A stretch of DNA of 64,000 nt. Source: Selaginella moellendorffii. Taxonomy: Eukaryota > Plantae > Lycopodiophyta. The DNA is taken from contig NW_003314313.1 in assembly GCF_000143415.4 (NCBI RefSeq), forward strand, positions 647,430-711,429, in the 5' to 3' direction. The position numbers and the translations under genes are program-made. Numbering within the stretch: the first letter of the stretch is position 1; the number at the start of each line of letters is the position of its first letter. Positions 26,733 to 40,899 of the stretch are shown here, one piece after another. The notes under the pieces were generated by a model. It saw only the letters and a program-made list of their open reading frames with translations, made no database searches and was not told the origin of the DNA.

Positions 26733-29029
26733 GCTAACTGATAGTTAGCATGAGAAATGATTGCTTTGGTCTTGGCAAATACCTAGACACAAGTGGAAAG
26801 TGTCGTGAGAGTAAGATCATGGAGATGATGGGGTGGAAACCCTAAGTGTCTCAAAGGATAAGGCCTTGAAGTCAAATAAGTTAATTCATGAGAATATTTT
26901 GCCAAAGGAATCCTAATGAAAATGATATTGACATAGCCTAATCTAGAAGGCATGTTATTTGAGTGTGTGGACCTAAATAATGACGGAGGTGTAGAATCAT
27001 TAGCAATGAGTTATAGGACTTAACAACTATGAGACAACTAAACAAAATATGTGGCATAACTAATTGAATTAGTGGAAATCAACTTCCCAAGACTTTATAT
27101 TAGGACAAGAAGGAAAATAGATATATCCCTCAAGGGATAAATTACTTATGTTACAATATAGTGGTTGTAAAAGGAAATACTCATTGTTAAAGAGGTCTAT
27201 CATTAGGAACCTAAACACTCTTGAACACCCAGGAAATGGTATTTTGTATCATAAAGGCATTAGATAAAGCCCTAGGAACTAAGTCCTTAAAGAATAATGG
27301 ATATGAGGTGCTATTTAATATCTAATAAAGTAGTAAAAAGCTAGAGACAGGAAAAATCAATCTATCCAAAATTGGACAAAGATAAAAAGGATTTTTGTAG
27401 GGGTAACAATAGGCATAAAGAAGCCTGTGTATAACAATGTTAATCTTGGTGTGTAGGATTATACAGTGAGTATATCTAGTTTGAAGAACCATTCGCTAAG
27501 TCATTGAGTAAATTCATCTTTAAGAATGCTTGCTAAAGCATAGAAAGTGCAAAGTTCCTTAGTCATGAAAAAAATAACTAAAGGGAATGTAAAAAACCAA
27601 AAGTAAATAATAAAGGGATAAAATCGAATCATAAAAATCAAAAGGCATAACCAAGGATGGTTATACAAGTTGGGAGTGAAGAATCAAGTCGATGTTTGAA
27701 GGTGTTGCTACTGGCAACTGTGATGCTTTAATAAGTCTAAAGTATGGAATTATCCATGTTAAACTATATGGCAATTAGAAGGCTTATGAAAGAGAAGCCT
27801 TAGCAAGCTAAGGGACTAAGTCCCTTCAAGGTTCCCAAAAATAATTTTAGATAAGTTAATACCTAGAAAGACAAGTATAAATAGTTTATAGGAACATATG
27901 AAATCAAAATGGCACAGCAGAAGCATGGTCTTAATGCTTGCTAGGAAGCAAAAGTATCAAAGTTGGGGAAATAGTCTTTGAGTGTTCAAAGAGTGGCATT
28001 GAATTAAAGTTGATGGTTAAGGATGTAAGCAATTAATTTTTCCATTCTACTTTAATCACTTAACCATACCTCCGACCACTTGGAAGAGTCTCATTCACAA
28101 CCTCCATAAGTCCAACTCAGGACTTGGGGCTTGCTAGCCCCGAGAATGGCATCCATGCCACTCAACCTTAGCACTTGGTCCAAGTGCTCCACGTGTCCGA
28201 TCCCATGATCGACACCCCAAGGTACCACCGACATATCGGCCCATTACGCTAAGGCTATATCTATTCACTTTGGTCACATCGGTGGTCCAACACCACCTAC
28301 ATTGCAATCCCGTCTCTCATACACTAAGCCATCCATCCATGAGTGATCATCCCAGATCCACTCCTTAGCATCCTTAGGATGCTTGCAGACATGGGGAATA
28401 GCTTTCGCCGACAACTCTTTTCCAGTCCCCACCCAGTCCCTTTTAGTCCATGGCCGTGTTCGCCAACACTGCCACTGGATCGAGGCCCGCAGGCCTGACC
28501 GCTAAGTCCCACTATCCTTTGGGACTTCCTCACCACGTGACCGTATCCTTAGTCACTGCATTAGAGGCCTACTCCTCTTCCCTTTCACCATTTGGGACTT
28601 TGGGACAACATTTCGGAACACCGTGGCCTTACGCAGGCCTTATGGGTACTCTCCCCGCCTTTCGCCTCTAAGTGCTCTAGCCATGGGCTTAGAGCGAGGT
28701 TCCATTGAGCCACGACAGGTATCCAAGTAGGTAGTGCCACCCACACTTGGATTAGGAGCATCGGCCAATCAATCTCCCAGGGGAACTAGAGCCGGCTCTT
28801 GAACACTTCACCAAGCTACCCTGCTTGTCGGCTTGTGTTCACTCTAGTCTTGGACTTCCCAGTGGGCAGCTCATCACCCAACACTAGGTCCGCCCTTCCT
28901 GGGCCAAACTGGCCTTTCCTGGCCTAACTGGCTCCACTGCAGTTCTCCCCCTACTATACTTTTGGAGCTCACCAAACCCCCCAGGGTCTGGGAGACAAAC
29001 GCTTTGGGCTTTCACCCTCTCAGACTTGA

Positions 29030-29447
29030 ACTCGGACTCGGACTCGGACTCGGGCTTGGGCTCAGTCTCGGCCTCGGCCTCGGTCTCGGCCTCGGTCCCG
29101 GTCTCGGTCTCGGTCCCGGTCCCGGTCCCGGTCTCAGCCCGGTCTCGGTCTCGGTCTCGGTCTTGGTCTCGACTTCAGACTCCATCTCGGGTCCATCTCG
29201 GACTCCATCTCGGACTCCATCTCGTGTCCATCTCGGACCCCATCTCGGGTCCATCTTGGACTCTATCTCGGACTCCATCTTGGACTCCATCTCGGACTCC
29301 ATCTTGGACTCCATCTCGAACTCCATCTCGGGTTCATTTTGGGTCCACCTCGGACTCCATCTCGGACTCCATCTCGGGTTCATCTCGGATCCACCTCGGA
29401 CTCCATCTCGGGCTCCATCTCGGACTCCATCTCGGGTCCATCTCGGA
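29030..29447. repeat. 6-bp (TCGGNC) and 11/12-bp (GGACTCCATCTC / GGGTCCATCTC) tandem arrays inside the family-C LTR
   Basis: Seen directly. Equivalent arrays at ~11345-11505, ~25390-25740 and ~34690-35228. Confidence 0.92.
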
Positions 29448-29662
29448 CACTTCCACGTGTCATGTGTTGGTCTTTTTGGGTCCCTTTTTGGAGCCTCACT
29501 TATTGCTCGCTTCGTGCTCATTCCGTGAGCACTTCGTTGGGAGTTCCACTCTTGCTTTCGACCTTTCAAGTCGGAGCTTTTAGTCCAAACGTCTTACGCT
29601 CGTTTGGTTTTCGCTTCGGCCACTACCATGTGGCACCCTTCCAGCTCCACTTGGGGCCTAGG

Positions 29663-29762
29663 NNNNNNNNNNNNNNNNNNNNNNNNNNNNNNNNNNNNNN
29701 NNNNNNNNNNNNNNNNNNNNNNNNNNNNNNNNNNNNNNNNNNNNNNNNNNNNNNNNNNNNNN
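29663..29762. other. Assembly gap (100 N)
   Basis: Run of N that hides the inner end of the 3' LTR and the expected PPT. Confidence 1.
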
Positions 29763-32700
29763 TTGAAGGCTCACCACGCCTTCGTCCATCCCTAAGGAGT
29801 ATAGCCTCCCCGACTTAGAGGCGCATTCGACCACTTGTGGTGGTTCTCTCCTTTTATTGGTTTAGTTCTCACTAAACTTGTTAGAGACACCTTCTCTAAC
29901 TCGATCCCACTACACATTCTCGAGTGGTCTCACTTTCCATCGATATAACCCTTGTACTTTGGAACTTTTAATTTTGACTTCTCGAAGTCAATTTCCTAGG
30001 TGTCTCCAACACTTTACATTGCACATATTGTGCAACTCCACTTCCTCATCCTAGGAAGTTCTCCACTTGAGGGCACCATCATCCTTTGTTTGATTTCATG
30101 CCACCTTTGGCACTGAGTTCCAGTTATCATATTTTGTGCTAGGGCTGTTCACAGCTTTATCTTTTGGCTACTTTGCCGCTCCCTCACTTGGAGCTTTTAC
30201 TTTGCCAAATTGGAGCACTTAGGAATCCATCTTCGGAAGTCCACTTCCTTTCCCACAAGCCATTAGCATCAAACACATTAGTGTTCCTTGGCTAACTTTG
30301 CCATTTGGATCCCTTCCATTAAATTCCATGGCCCAAACTTGGCCATTAGTCCTTTTCTCCTATCCTTGATTGTTGCACCCAGCAACACAGGATCGCTACC
30401 TCCATTTTCAAGGTATCCCTTCGGTTCCATAGCAAAGACTCTTCTTTGCCAAGTCCGGAGGATGTTCACTCATAGTAAGTCTCTTTAGCATCTTCTGCTA
30501 TGGGCTCTATCCACGGCCCACCTTCGTGACCCTCCCATGGGTCTCTTATAGAGACTACTTTCCTCGGACTCACTATGCCATTGCACAGACACAGCTTATT
30601 TCCCTTAAGCGCTCTTCCCACTTGATCACTTTGACCAAGCCACACCATCTTAAATAGTTTAAATCAACATTTTGAACCAGGAACTTCCTTCCTTAGCCAA
30701 CCAAGGACCTCGTCCTTATTTGGCCATAAGATCACTTAGTGATCTCACCTTGGCACCTTAACAAAGTTGCCAAGAGGTACTTGGTCTTCTAGACCTTCAA
30801 GTTGTTGACCATAACCCTGGGGGCATCCCCCACACTTGCGGTGCACCCAAGCCAGCCCTTACGGCCAAGGGTTCATAGCAACTGAGATTAGGTGTCCCCA
30901 TCTCACTCACCACGTCCTTGGTGCCACTTGCACCAAAGCGTTCAAGTTAGATATGCCGAGCTTTCACATTAAGCAATCTAACCGTGCATCACGACTCCGA
31001 GGCATCCCTCACTTGGTGGTGTGCCCAAACCAGTTTCCCCACTGAGAGTCCATGACCACCGAAATATGAGTGTCCTCATATTACAAACCATCACCACGCC
31101 CTAGTGATTTGGGACTCGAACCCAAGCACTAGAGGGTCGGGACTCGAACCCAACCTTTGTATATGCATCTACGGACGGCATCTCACAAGATGCCTGGCGT
31201 GACTCCCCACGCGGGTGCACCAACTTATATTTACAGCGTGCTACAGATCACAGCTTAGGAACCTAGTTGCCAAGTCCTCTCACTTGACATATTTATGATC
31301 ATGCATGGACTCCTCCATGCTTGGCCCCATGGGCCACCCTTTTTGAAGTTAGCACCTTCAACTAGGGTATTTGTTCCCCCTGACTTGCCAATCTCACTTA
31401 GCAAGTCATCCGGCTACCGTAACATAGTTCATGCATAAGCGTGAAAGTCTTTAACCATTGACTTTCGTTCAAGCCCTCTCTTTGAACACTCGGGAATTAC
31501 TTCCCCAACCTTGATAGCCTTGCCTCATGGCAAACTTCAAGACCACGCTTCTGCTGCGCCATTCTGATTTCACGCGTTCTATGAACCATTTACACTTCGC
31601 TTTCTAGGTATCCAATTACCTAGAATTGTCTTTGGGAACCTTTCGAAAGAACTCTGTTCTTTTAGCTTGCTAAGGCCTTTCTTTTCGCAAGCTTTCCAAT
31701 TGCCATATAGTCTAACATGGACAATCCCATGTTTTTGACTTTCCATGGCATCCCGGTCGCTAATAACAACATGCTTGAGCGCCCACTTGATTCTCCACTC
31801 CCTACTTGCATAACCACCCTTGGTCATGCCTGTCAATTCCTATGGTTCAATTCTATCCCTTTATTACTTGCCTTTTGGCCTCATACATTTCTTTCGGTCA
31901 TTCTCCTCCAGACTAGGAAGATAACTTTGCACTTTCTACCATGCTTTGGCAAGTATTCATAGGGATGAACCTACCCGACAGCTTAGGAGTGGTTCCTCAA
32001 TCCGGGTTTGCTCACCTTATAATCCCATACCCTAGGATTACCATTGCTACTTGTAGGCCTTTATATGCCCATCCCTAGCCTTGCCAAAATCCCCTTTGGC
32101 TTTGTCCAATTTGGGTAGACGGACTTCTCTCGTCTTCACAACCTTGGACATTTGGATAGCACCTTCTATCCTTCATTCGTTAGGGACTTTGTCCCTTAGG
32201 CATTATCCATTGCCCTCATGACACTAAACACCACCTTCTGGTGTTCTAGAGTGCTTGGGTGTCCCAATGATGGCATCTTTGGCAATGAGCATTCCCTTTA
32301 CGACATTGACTTACTATCTCACAGCATAAGCAATTTATCCCTCATAAGGGTATATCTAACGTTTTTACCCCAATAAGAGGTCTTAGGTAGTTATGTTCTA
32401 CTAGTTTAACCAATTACTTTGCACCTTTTGCTTAGTTGCCTCATAGTTGTCAAGTCTTCCAACTCATTGCTGGTGCTTCCACACCTCCATCATTATCTGG
32501 GTCACCACACTCTAATCGCATGCCTTCTAGCTTAGGCTATGCCATTCCCATTTCCATTGGAATTCCCTTGGACAGGGTTTTCATAAACCCGCCAACTTGA
32601 CCTCAAGGTAGCACGCCTTGGCACCTTCAGTGTCTCCACACCATCGGCTCCACGAGCCTACTTTTATGACACTTCTTGCTTGTGTCTAGGTCTTTTTGCC

Positions 32701-33685
32701 AAAACCAACATGGTTGTTTCTTATGCCAATTATCCATTAGCACTACACCATAGAGTTTATGCACAACTTTGTGTCAAAGTTGTTTTCTTTCGGGAAACTC
32801 TTTCCCACGACTTTAGCATGGCACTTTCTGCCATCAATGAGATACCTACTGTTCTCATACTTGGATCTTAAGACCTCCCCATCCTTCGTGGGGCACCACA
32901 CACCTCAGTCTAAATGCTTTTACCAATCCTTTAGGATCATCCCTTGACTCTACTCGAGTCATCTAGCATTTTCGGACTTGCCAATCTGATAACCCATAAT
33001 GTCTTACTTTTGAGGTGCCAGCTCACTAGAATACCACTCCTTGTATTCATATCCTACTCACAAGGACCATCTTTGCAAGTGTTACTTTGACACTTGATTT
33101 GTTCTCTAGGGGCAACCTCTTACCCCTTATGACCACTTGTCCATGTGATGAGAATACCAACTCATCCTCTAAGTACACCTCCAACTCCTTGAGTTGTTCC
33201 ATCATTTATTAAAGGTAGCCCCGGCTACCATTTCAAGGACTTGTATCCTCTTCTGTATTTGACCTCCCACGGTCATCCATTCCAGTCTCAAATTTATGAG
33301 CACTTGCCTCAACTATGTGAGGATAATCTTATGACTCCTTTATTGTTTTGGAGTCTCTATCCTTCCCGTGATCCCAACTATAGTTGTTTACCATAACTAC
33401 CTTAGTCAATTTGATGAGCCAAATGCTCATCCGGATCACATCCTCAACTCAATAAGGAAAACCTTGCACTGTTCCCAAGATCCCAAAGTTGTTCCATTAT
33501 TGACCCTTTTCTATCCACCACCTCGTTTACAAGTTCACATGTGAACTGTAATAGAGAGCCATGTCTTCCCAACTTGCTACTCCGCAAGGATAGGCCCACT
33601 CCTCGGACCTTCCGATGCCAACACCAGTGGTGATATACTTGAGCACCAATAAAAGTCGGACTAAGGAACAGCTCCAATACCAAGT

Positions 33686-35458
33686 TGTAAGCAACTAATT
33701 TTTCCATTCTACTTTAGTCACTTAACCACACCTCCGATCACTTGGAAGAGTCTCATTCACAACCTCCATAAGTCCAACTCAGGACTTGGGGCTTGCTAGC
33801 CCCGAGAATGGCATCCATGCCACTCAACCTTAGCACTTGGTCCAAGTGCTCCACGTGTCCGATCCCATGATCGACACCCCAAGGTACCACCGACATATCG
33901 GCCCGTTACGCTAAGGCCATACCTATTCACCTTGGTCACACCGGTGGTCCAACACCACCTACATTGCAATCCCGTCTCTCATACACTAGGCCATCCATCC
34001 ATGAGTGATCATCCCCGATCCACTCCTTAGCATCCTTAGGATGCCTGCAGACATGGGGAATAGCTTTCGCCGACAACTCTTTTCCAGTCCCCACCCAGTC
34101 CCTTTTAGTCCATGGCCGTGTTCGCCAACACTGCCACTGGATCGAGGCCCGCAGGCCTGACCGCTAAGTCCCACTATCCTTTGGGACTTCCTCACCACGT
34201 GACCGTATCCTTAGTCACTGCATTAGAGGCCTACTCCTCTTCCCTTTCACCATTTGGGACTTTGGGACAACATTTCGGAACACCATGGCCTTACGCAGGC
34301 CTCATGGGTACTCTCCCTGCCTTTTGCCTCTAGGTGCTCTAGCCATGGGCTTAGAGCGAGGTTCCGTTGAGCCATGACAAGTATCCAAGTAGGTAGTGCC
34401 ACCCACACTTGGACTAGGAGCATCGGCCAATCGATCTCCCGGGGGAACTAGAGCTGGCTCTTGAACACTTCACCAAGCTACCCTGCTTGTCGGCTTGTGT
34501 TCACTCTAGTCTTGGACTTCCCAGTGGGCAGCTCATCACCCAACACTAGGTCCGCCCTTCCTGGGCCAAATTGGCCTTTCCTGGCCCAACTGGCTCCACT
34601 GCAGTCCTCCCCCTACTATACTTTTGGAGCTCACCAAACCCCCCAGAGTCTGGGAGACGAATGCTTTGGGCTTTCACCCTCTCAGACTTGAACTCGGACT
34701 CAGACTCGGACTCGGGCTTGGGCTCAGTCTCGGCCTCGGCCTCGGTCTCAGCCTTGGTCCCGGTCTCGGTCTCGGTCCCGGTCTCGGTCTCGGTCTCGGT
34801 CTCAACTTCGGACTCCATCTCGGGTCCATCTCGGACTCCATCTCGGGTCCATCTCGGACTCCATCTCGGACTCCATCTCGTGTCCATCTCGGACCCCATC
34901 TCGGGTCCATCTTGGACTCTATCTCGGACTCCATTTCAGACTCCATCTCGGGTCCATCTTGGACTCCATCTCGGACTCCATCTCGGGTCCATCTCTGATT
35001 CCACCTCGGGTCCATCTCGGACTCCATCTCAGGTCCATCTCGGACTCCATCTCGGACTCCATCTTGGACTCCATCTCGGATCCATTTCAGGTCCATCTCA
35101 GACTCCATCTCGGGTCCGTTTCGGACTCAATCTTGGATCCATCTCGGGTCCACCTCGACTCCACCTCGGACTCCATCTCGGGGTCCTTCTCGACTCCACT
35201 TCGGATTCCAACTCGGGTCATCTCGGACTTCCACGTGTCATGTGTTGGTCCTTTTGGGTCCCTTTTTGGAGCCTCACTTATTGCTCGCTTCGTGCTCGTT
35301 CCATGAGCACTTCGTTGGGAGTTCCACTCCCGCTTTCGACCTTTCGAATCGGAACTTTTAGTCCAAACGTCTTATGCTCGTTTGGTTTTCGCTTCGGCCA
35401 CTACCACGTGGCACCCTTTCCAGCTCCACTTTGGGGCCTAGGGATTTTGTGTCTCACA
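33686..35458 (-). repeat. 5' LTR of full-length family-C element (1773 bp)
   Basis: TG...CA ends, followed on the minus strand by the PBS; nearly identical to 28024-29662. Confidence 0.92.
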
Positions 35459-35480
35459 GAGGACTTATACGCTTATACAT

Positions 35481-36360
35481 AAAACAATATTATACTCAGT
35501 AATACTAAGATGTTAAAACATGAAATACCTCAGCTATAAATGTAGTACTATTATCCAAAAAAATCCACTCCAAATAAGAATACTAGAACATCACTTGATT
35601 GAGGAGGAAGTATCTATCGACTTCCATTTAACAAGTGAAGTAGTCAGAAGTAATAATGACATACTCATTGCTAGCAATCAATTATGGAAAAGATTCCATT
35701 AGACAAAATGACACCAACTCTAATGGATGGGAAATTACATTTGATTTCAACCGTCCTTCTACAACACAAGGGGGAGTATTATGAGCTTGGCACCAAATGC
35801 AACTACGCACATACAAAATAACATCACATTACATTGCCGGCCAATAGAAAGACCTACGTAACTTCTCGGTCACACAATGATGTCCTATATGCCTACTTAG
35901 AATAGGAGAATCATGATAAGTATAGAAAAAGGATGGAATAAAGATCGAAAACACCACCAACTATAAATGATTATCAGAATTTGTCCCCATAAAATATAGA
36001 AGATTATCTTTAAAGCAATATTGAGAATGTAAATGTTGAAATAGCAAGTCATCAGCAAGTGATGCAGGATTCTCAAACCCATCGCAAAACTTATAAATCC
36101 ATAGCTTAATCGTTTGAGCTTTATGAACTTTGTAAGAAAAGGTAAATTTTGCTCTACACCTTGTGAACACTAAACATCAAGTTCAACAACCACTGACGGA
36201 TGCTTGACTAAATGACAACTTAGGATTTCCTTCCTTAGTGCCATTCCGGTGTAAGTGCACATGTGATAACCAGTTTCTCAACTAGCTTAAGTGAAGACTA
36301 ATAAAGGATCCAGCAATATTGACTTCCTACTGTCGTGGTAGTAAGGAAATAATATCCAAA
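35481..36360 (+). mobile_element. Possible Ty1/copia 3' remnant (RNase H end, PPT, LTR)
   Basis: LIEEEVSIDFHLTSE..NDIL resembles the copia RNase H end, followed by AAGGGGGAG near 35768. Heavily decayed. Confidence 0.4.
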
Positions 36361-36364
36361 AGGA

Positions 36365-39325
36365 CTAGCCGATAAGTAACTTTCGATACCCGAAATCACA
36401 TTCATGATATGTACAGTTGATATATATAATAGGATGGCACTGACCAAACACACTTAGGCTCTTTTGTATCAACGTACCTCTAAAACCAATATTAAAAGAA
36501 TCCATTTGCAAAATGAAAAATTGAATATAGTTAAGATATGCCAAAATTAGAAGAGTCATCAATACCTCTTTGACATCCATAAATGCCCACTCACAGTCCA
36601 CAGACAAAATGAAAGATTGTTAATGGCTTCAATAACACTTACAACAATGCAGTGTGATCAAAAGATGATCAATAAAACAATCGAGATACTACACTTTGCT
36701 CAAGAAGCATTATATATTATTCACACATTTTAGAATATAAAACTTTAAAACAATCACAAGTTTTCTAGGATCAATTTGCAAATCTTCACAACAAATATGG
36801 TATCCAAAATAAATCGTGTCCTTAGAACCAAACATGCATTTTAATTGCTTCACCTTTAAACCAATTTCCCATAGCTGATCCAACACATTACAAACATCAC
36901 GGATATATTCTTCTCACATCCTCTTCAAGTGAATCAAGGCATTATCGATGAAGTCAAGAGTCATCTTTGGTATATCACAAAAATCTTTGTCCATCATCTG
37001 CTATAAAGTTTCTAGAGCATTATTCAAACCAAACAACATCATCAAAAACTTATATAAAACTAAATGGTATACAAAAAATAGTCTTAGGAATATCTTCTTC
37101 AATTATCGGTACTTACTAATACCTAGAAGTAAGATTTAACTTGGTGAATTAACAACTTTTCCCTAGACAATCCAAAAGATTAGTAGTGCGAGGAAGAGGT
37201 TATACATCTGAGATCGTCACTTCATTTAACAAACGATAGTCGATGCAATAATAAATACTCCCATTAAGATTCATCACAAGATAAAATTCATATACCCAAA
37301 GACTCCACAACTTTCAAATAACACCCTTTTCCAACATCTCTATGATATTTGTATGTAAAATCTTAATCTCTTTGGGTGACCGATAACAAATAGGAACTTT
37401 GATTGGACAAGCATCCCTAGTTGGAATAGGATGATATGTTACAATCTTGGCCCCAAATGATAGGTCAAATTCAAAAAGATCGGCATACTCCTTCATGAGC
37501 CGGTTAACCGCTACAATACAAAGACCATTAGAGGGATTAAAAAAGGGAATAGAGGAACAAAACGAAAACATAGAAGGAAGTAATAGAGAGACAAAAGTGA
37601 TGGAAGCAAAGGTAGAAGCAAAGGGATGAAAAGGTAAAAAAGTGAGAAGAATGAAAGAAATATAAAGAAGTATAATACAAGGGAGGGAAGTTTCAAAATC
37701 ACACTTGGTATGATTATGCCACAACTAATCCATACCAAGGATGAGGTTAAAAGCTTGACTTGGCACCACCCATAATGACTATAACTCAAGCTTAAAATTG
37801 CCCATATGCACAACCAAATCCACCTTATCCCATGCATATACATATGTATAGCCATTGCTACAAAGAATGAAAACTAGCTCTATCATATAACGCAAATGTA
37901 GATGGTAACAGGCCAAGCAATAAAAAATAAACTTAAGCCTGTATTAACTAACATAAAGAAAATAATATAAAGCCTCTTGTTATAAAAATGAGTTTGGAAA
38001 GTAAACACTAGATTTACTAATGTCAAGTGAACCCCTTGATGATACTTTTGAAAAAAAAATGAAAGGGTCATTGACTTATTCACACAAGATCCCTCCACTA
38101 CTCACCTGACTCCTCATTTTCCAAATGTATCTCAGTGTCCAAATCTTCCATTATAGCAACATTAATAAAACATTGTTCATGCCAAGATCTTCACCTAGAA
38201 AATGGAAGTCACCAATCTAGAAAATGCTAACAATGCTAATAAGTGTGACCAACTTCATCACATGCCCAAACATCATAGCTATGACCACATCCTTGCCTTT
38301 GTCCTTAAACTCAGGCAGTAGCAACATTGGAACATGACCATCTCTAATAGGAAGTTGAGCTAAAAGACATGCAATGAGACCTGAAAGAATTGACATCTCA
38401 TAATATTGTGCTAAGCAAAGGGCATGGTCAAGAGTGGCTAGAGTAAGTGCATGCAAAAATCTTGATGAAGTGCTAGCCACAACATTCCTAACTTAATCCA
38501 TTGTGATATATTTAGCTTTGCACAAAGTAAGAGGCTTTGGAAACAAACTCTAAATTGCATCACTGACTCAGATGGCCCTTAACAAAGATAATGCAATTCT
38601 TAAAAGGCATCATCTCAATCGTCAACATGTCCAAATGCATGTTTAAAGATAATACTCCAATTCTCATAAGTGGCTATACTCAAACCATTGTACCACTGCA
38701 ATGCCATCCCTTGGAAATACATAGGAAACTCATGCAAATATCAAATATTATCCCAAGAATGATATGTGGCAATCACTATGAAGTGACCTAACTAATAATA
38801 CACATCATCCCTAGGATTTCCATGGAAGAACTTTGGTCAAACATGAGTATTGGCAACAAGAGCAAGAGGAGTTGTACCACATGCTATAAATGTTGCCATT
38901 AACTGAGTCTGATTGTTACCCTACAACTGCATAGCATTAAGCAATTGCACTAATTATTACTCCAGAGTAAAAAGAGGAGGAGGCTACTGCTCTACCATGA
39001 AGATGACTGAAAAAAAATGAACAAAAGAGAAGAAGTTAAGAAAAACTAAAAGAAAAAGGAGATTTAAACAATGCAAAAGTTAGATCTAAACCAAAATCCT
39101 AAATCTCAGCATTCTTTAAGGACAATCAAAACTACCCCTCACCTCCACCAATATGAGTGCTGAAATATGGAAAGAGAACATATAAATATGTATATCAATT
39201 AGCCCAAAAACCCTAGTTTATATATAGGAGCGAATAATCTGAATTAAAACCAATCTGACAGTTACCAAAATTCCACTACATTAATATTAGTATACAACAT
39301 CGTAACTATACACTTGGACCTCACA
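36365..39325 (-). mobile_element. Family-B Ty3/gypsy copy 2, 3'-truncated
   Basis: 174-bp 5' LTR 39152-39325, PBS TGGTGGAGGTGAGGGG (39135-39150), gag, protease (FNLILGMD-like), RT and RNase H (FILQMDSFNIGFRGTL) remnants colinear with copy 1. Confidence 0.82.
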
Positions 39326-39976
39326 GATCCAAAAATCTTTAGAACTTTTTATTAATCAATATTATCAATTTGCTATTAATTTTTCAAAATAAATAAACAG
39401 AAAAAAAATCTTGAAGAAAAAGTATTACTATAAAATTTATATCTTATTATTGTAAGTGTTATATTGTAGCTCATTGCTTTTGAGAGGATTTAATCCAATA
39501 TAACATGATTTGAAATAATTATAAAAAATTGCCAAAAATCCACTCCATCACCCCTTCTCCTTTCACCATTTAGAAACTTGTTCACATCCTTTTGTAATAT
39601 ATACACAATAGGAGTTATAATTTCATTTACTTTAAACAAATTCCAATTTAAATCATCTACACAAAAATAATCCTTTTCATGGCCTTATCAAGCCATGGGG
39701 GATCCTAAATGATTTTCTTGAATCAATATTAAATTGAATTGATTGCTTACCTTTTATGCTGCTGCCATGCTTGATCATAAAAGTTTTTAGGTCAATTATG
39801 GTTACGATGATTGAAATTTGGCTAAGTGTTGGGGCTGTGGCCACGTGGAAGTAATTAGGGCGCATGCTGGGCACGGGCGGGAGCCGTGAGGGCGAGCGGG
39901 CGGGCGCGCAGCAGCGACGGACGGGAGAGGGAGTGCCTGATGCCACGTCACTGCCAAGTAAGTGGAGAGAGAGTGA

Positions 39977-40605
<629 letters not shown>

Positions 40606-40899
40606 AGGTAGGATGTGCCAAACTCGAAATCTCGATGTATATGTAAATACTACTTTGAATAAAGAAGAACCGATGTATATAACCTGTATCCATTTGTTGC
40701 AAAGGCTTGATAGAAGTTTGAATCTTGAATAATTTCAAATATTGGCAATTTATTCTAATTTAAAATTTAGATTCTCATCGAGATTAATATCTTAACCCTT
40801 TTAATAAAAGTTTATTATTTTAGCCCTAAATAGTTAAACAGGTTATATTTGACAAATATTAAATTAAGCTTATGGTAGTTAAGACTTTTTAACAATTAA

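Larger units (their letters stand above)
28024..35458 (-). mobile_element. Full-length family-C LTR element with no intact coding capacity (probably non-autonomous)
   Basis: 5' LTR 33686-35458, 3' LTR from 28024 into the gap, PBS TGGTATTGGAGC at 33671-33682, TSD AAGGA/GAGGA. Only faint gag-like remnants (DPDEHL) inside. Confidence 0.88.
25119..35480 (+). mobile_element. Older family-C internal fragment (25119-25163, 26733-28023, 35459-35480), split by two younger family-C insertions
   Basis: Colinear with the reverse complement of ~31430-32775; continuity is restored across both TSDs. Confidence 0.8.

Noticed and set aside
29170-29447. CRISPR-like appearance of the GGACTCCATCTC arrays (also 25390-25520 and 34808-35228)
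   Set aside because: Contiguous 11-12 bp units with no unique spacers, inside eukaryotic LTRs, and no cas genes.
34546-35482. Long low-complexity ORFs (up to 303 aa; also 25392-25776 and 28962-29818)
   Set aside because: Open in several frames and on both strands only because the repeat units lack stop codons.
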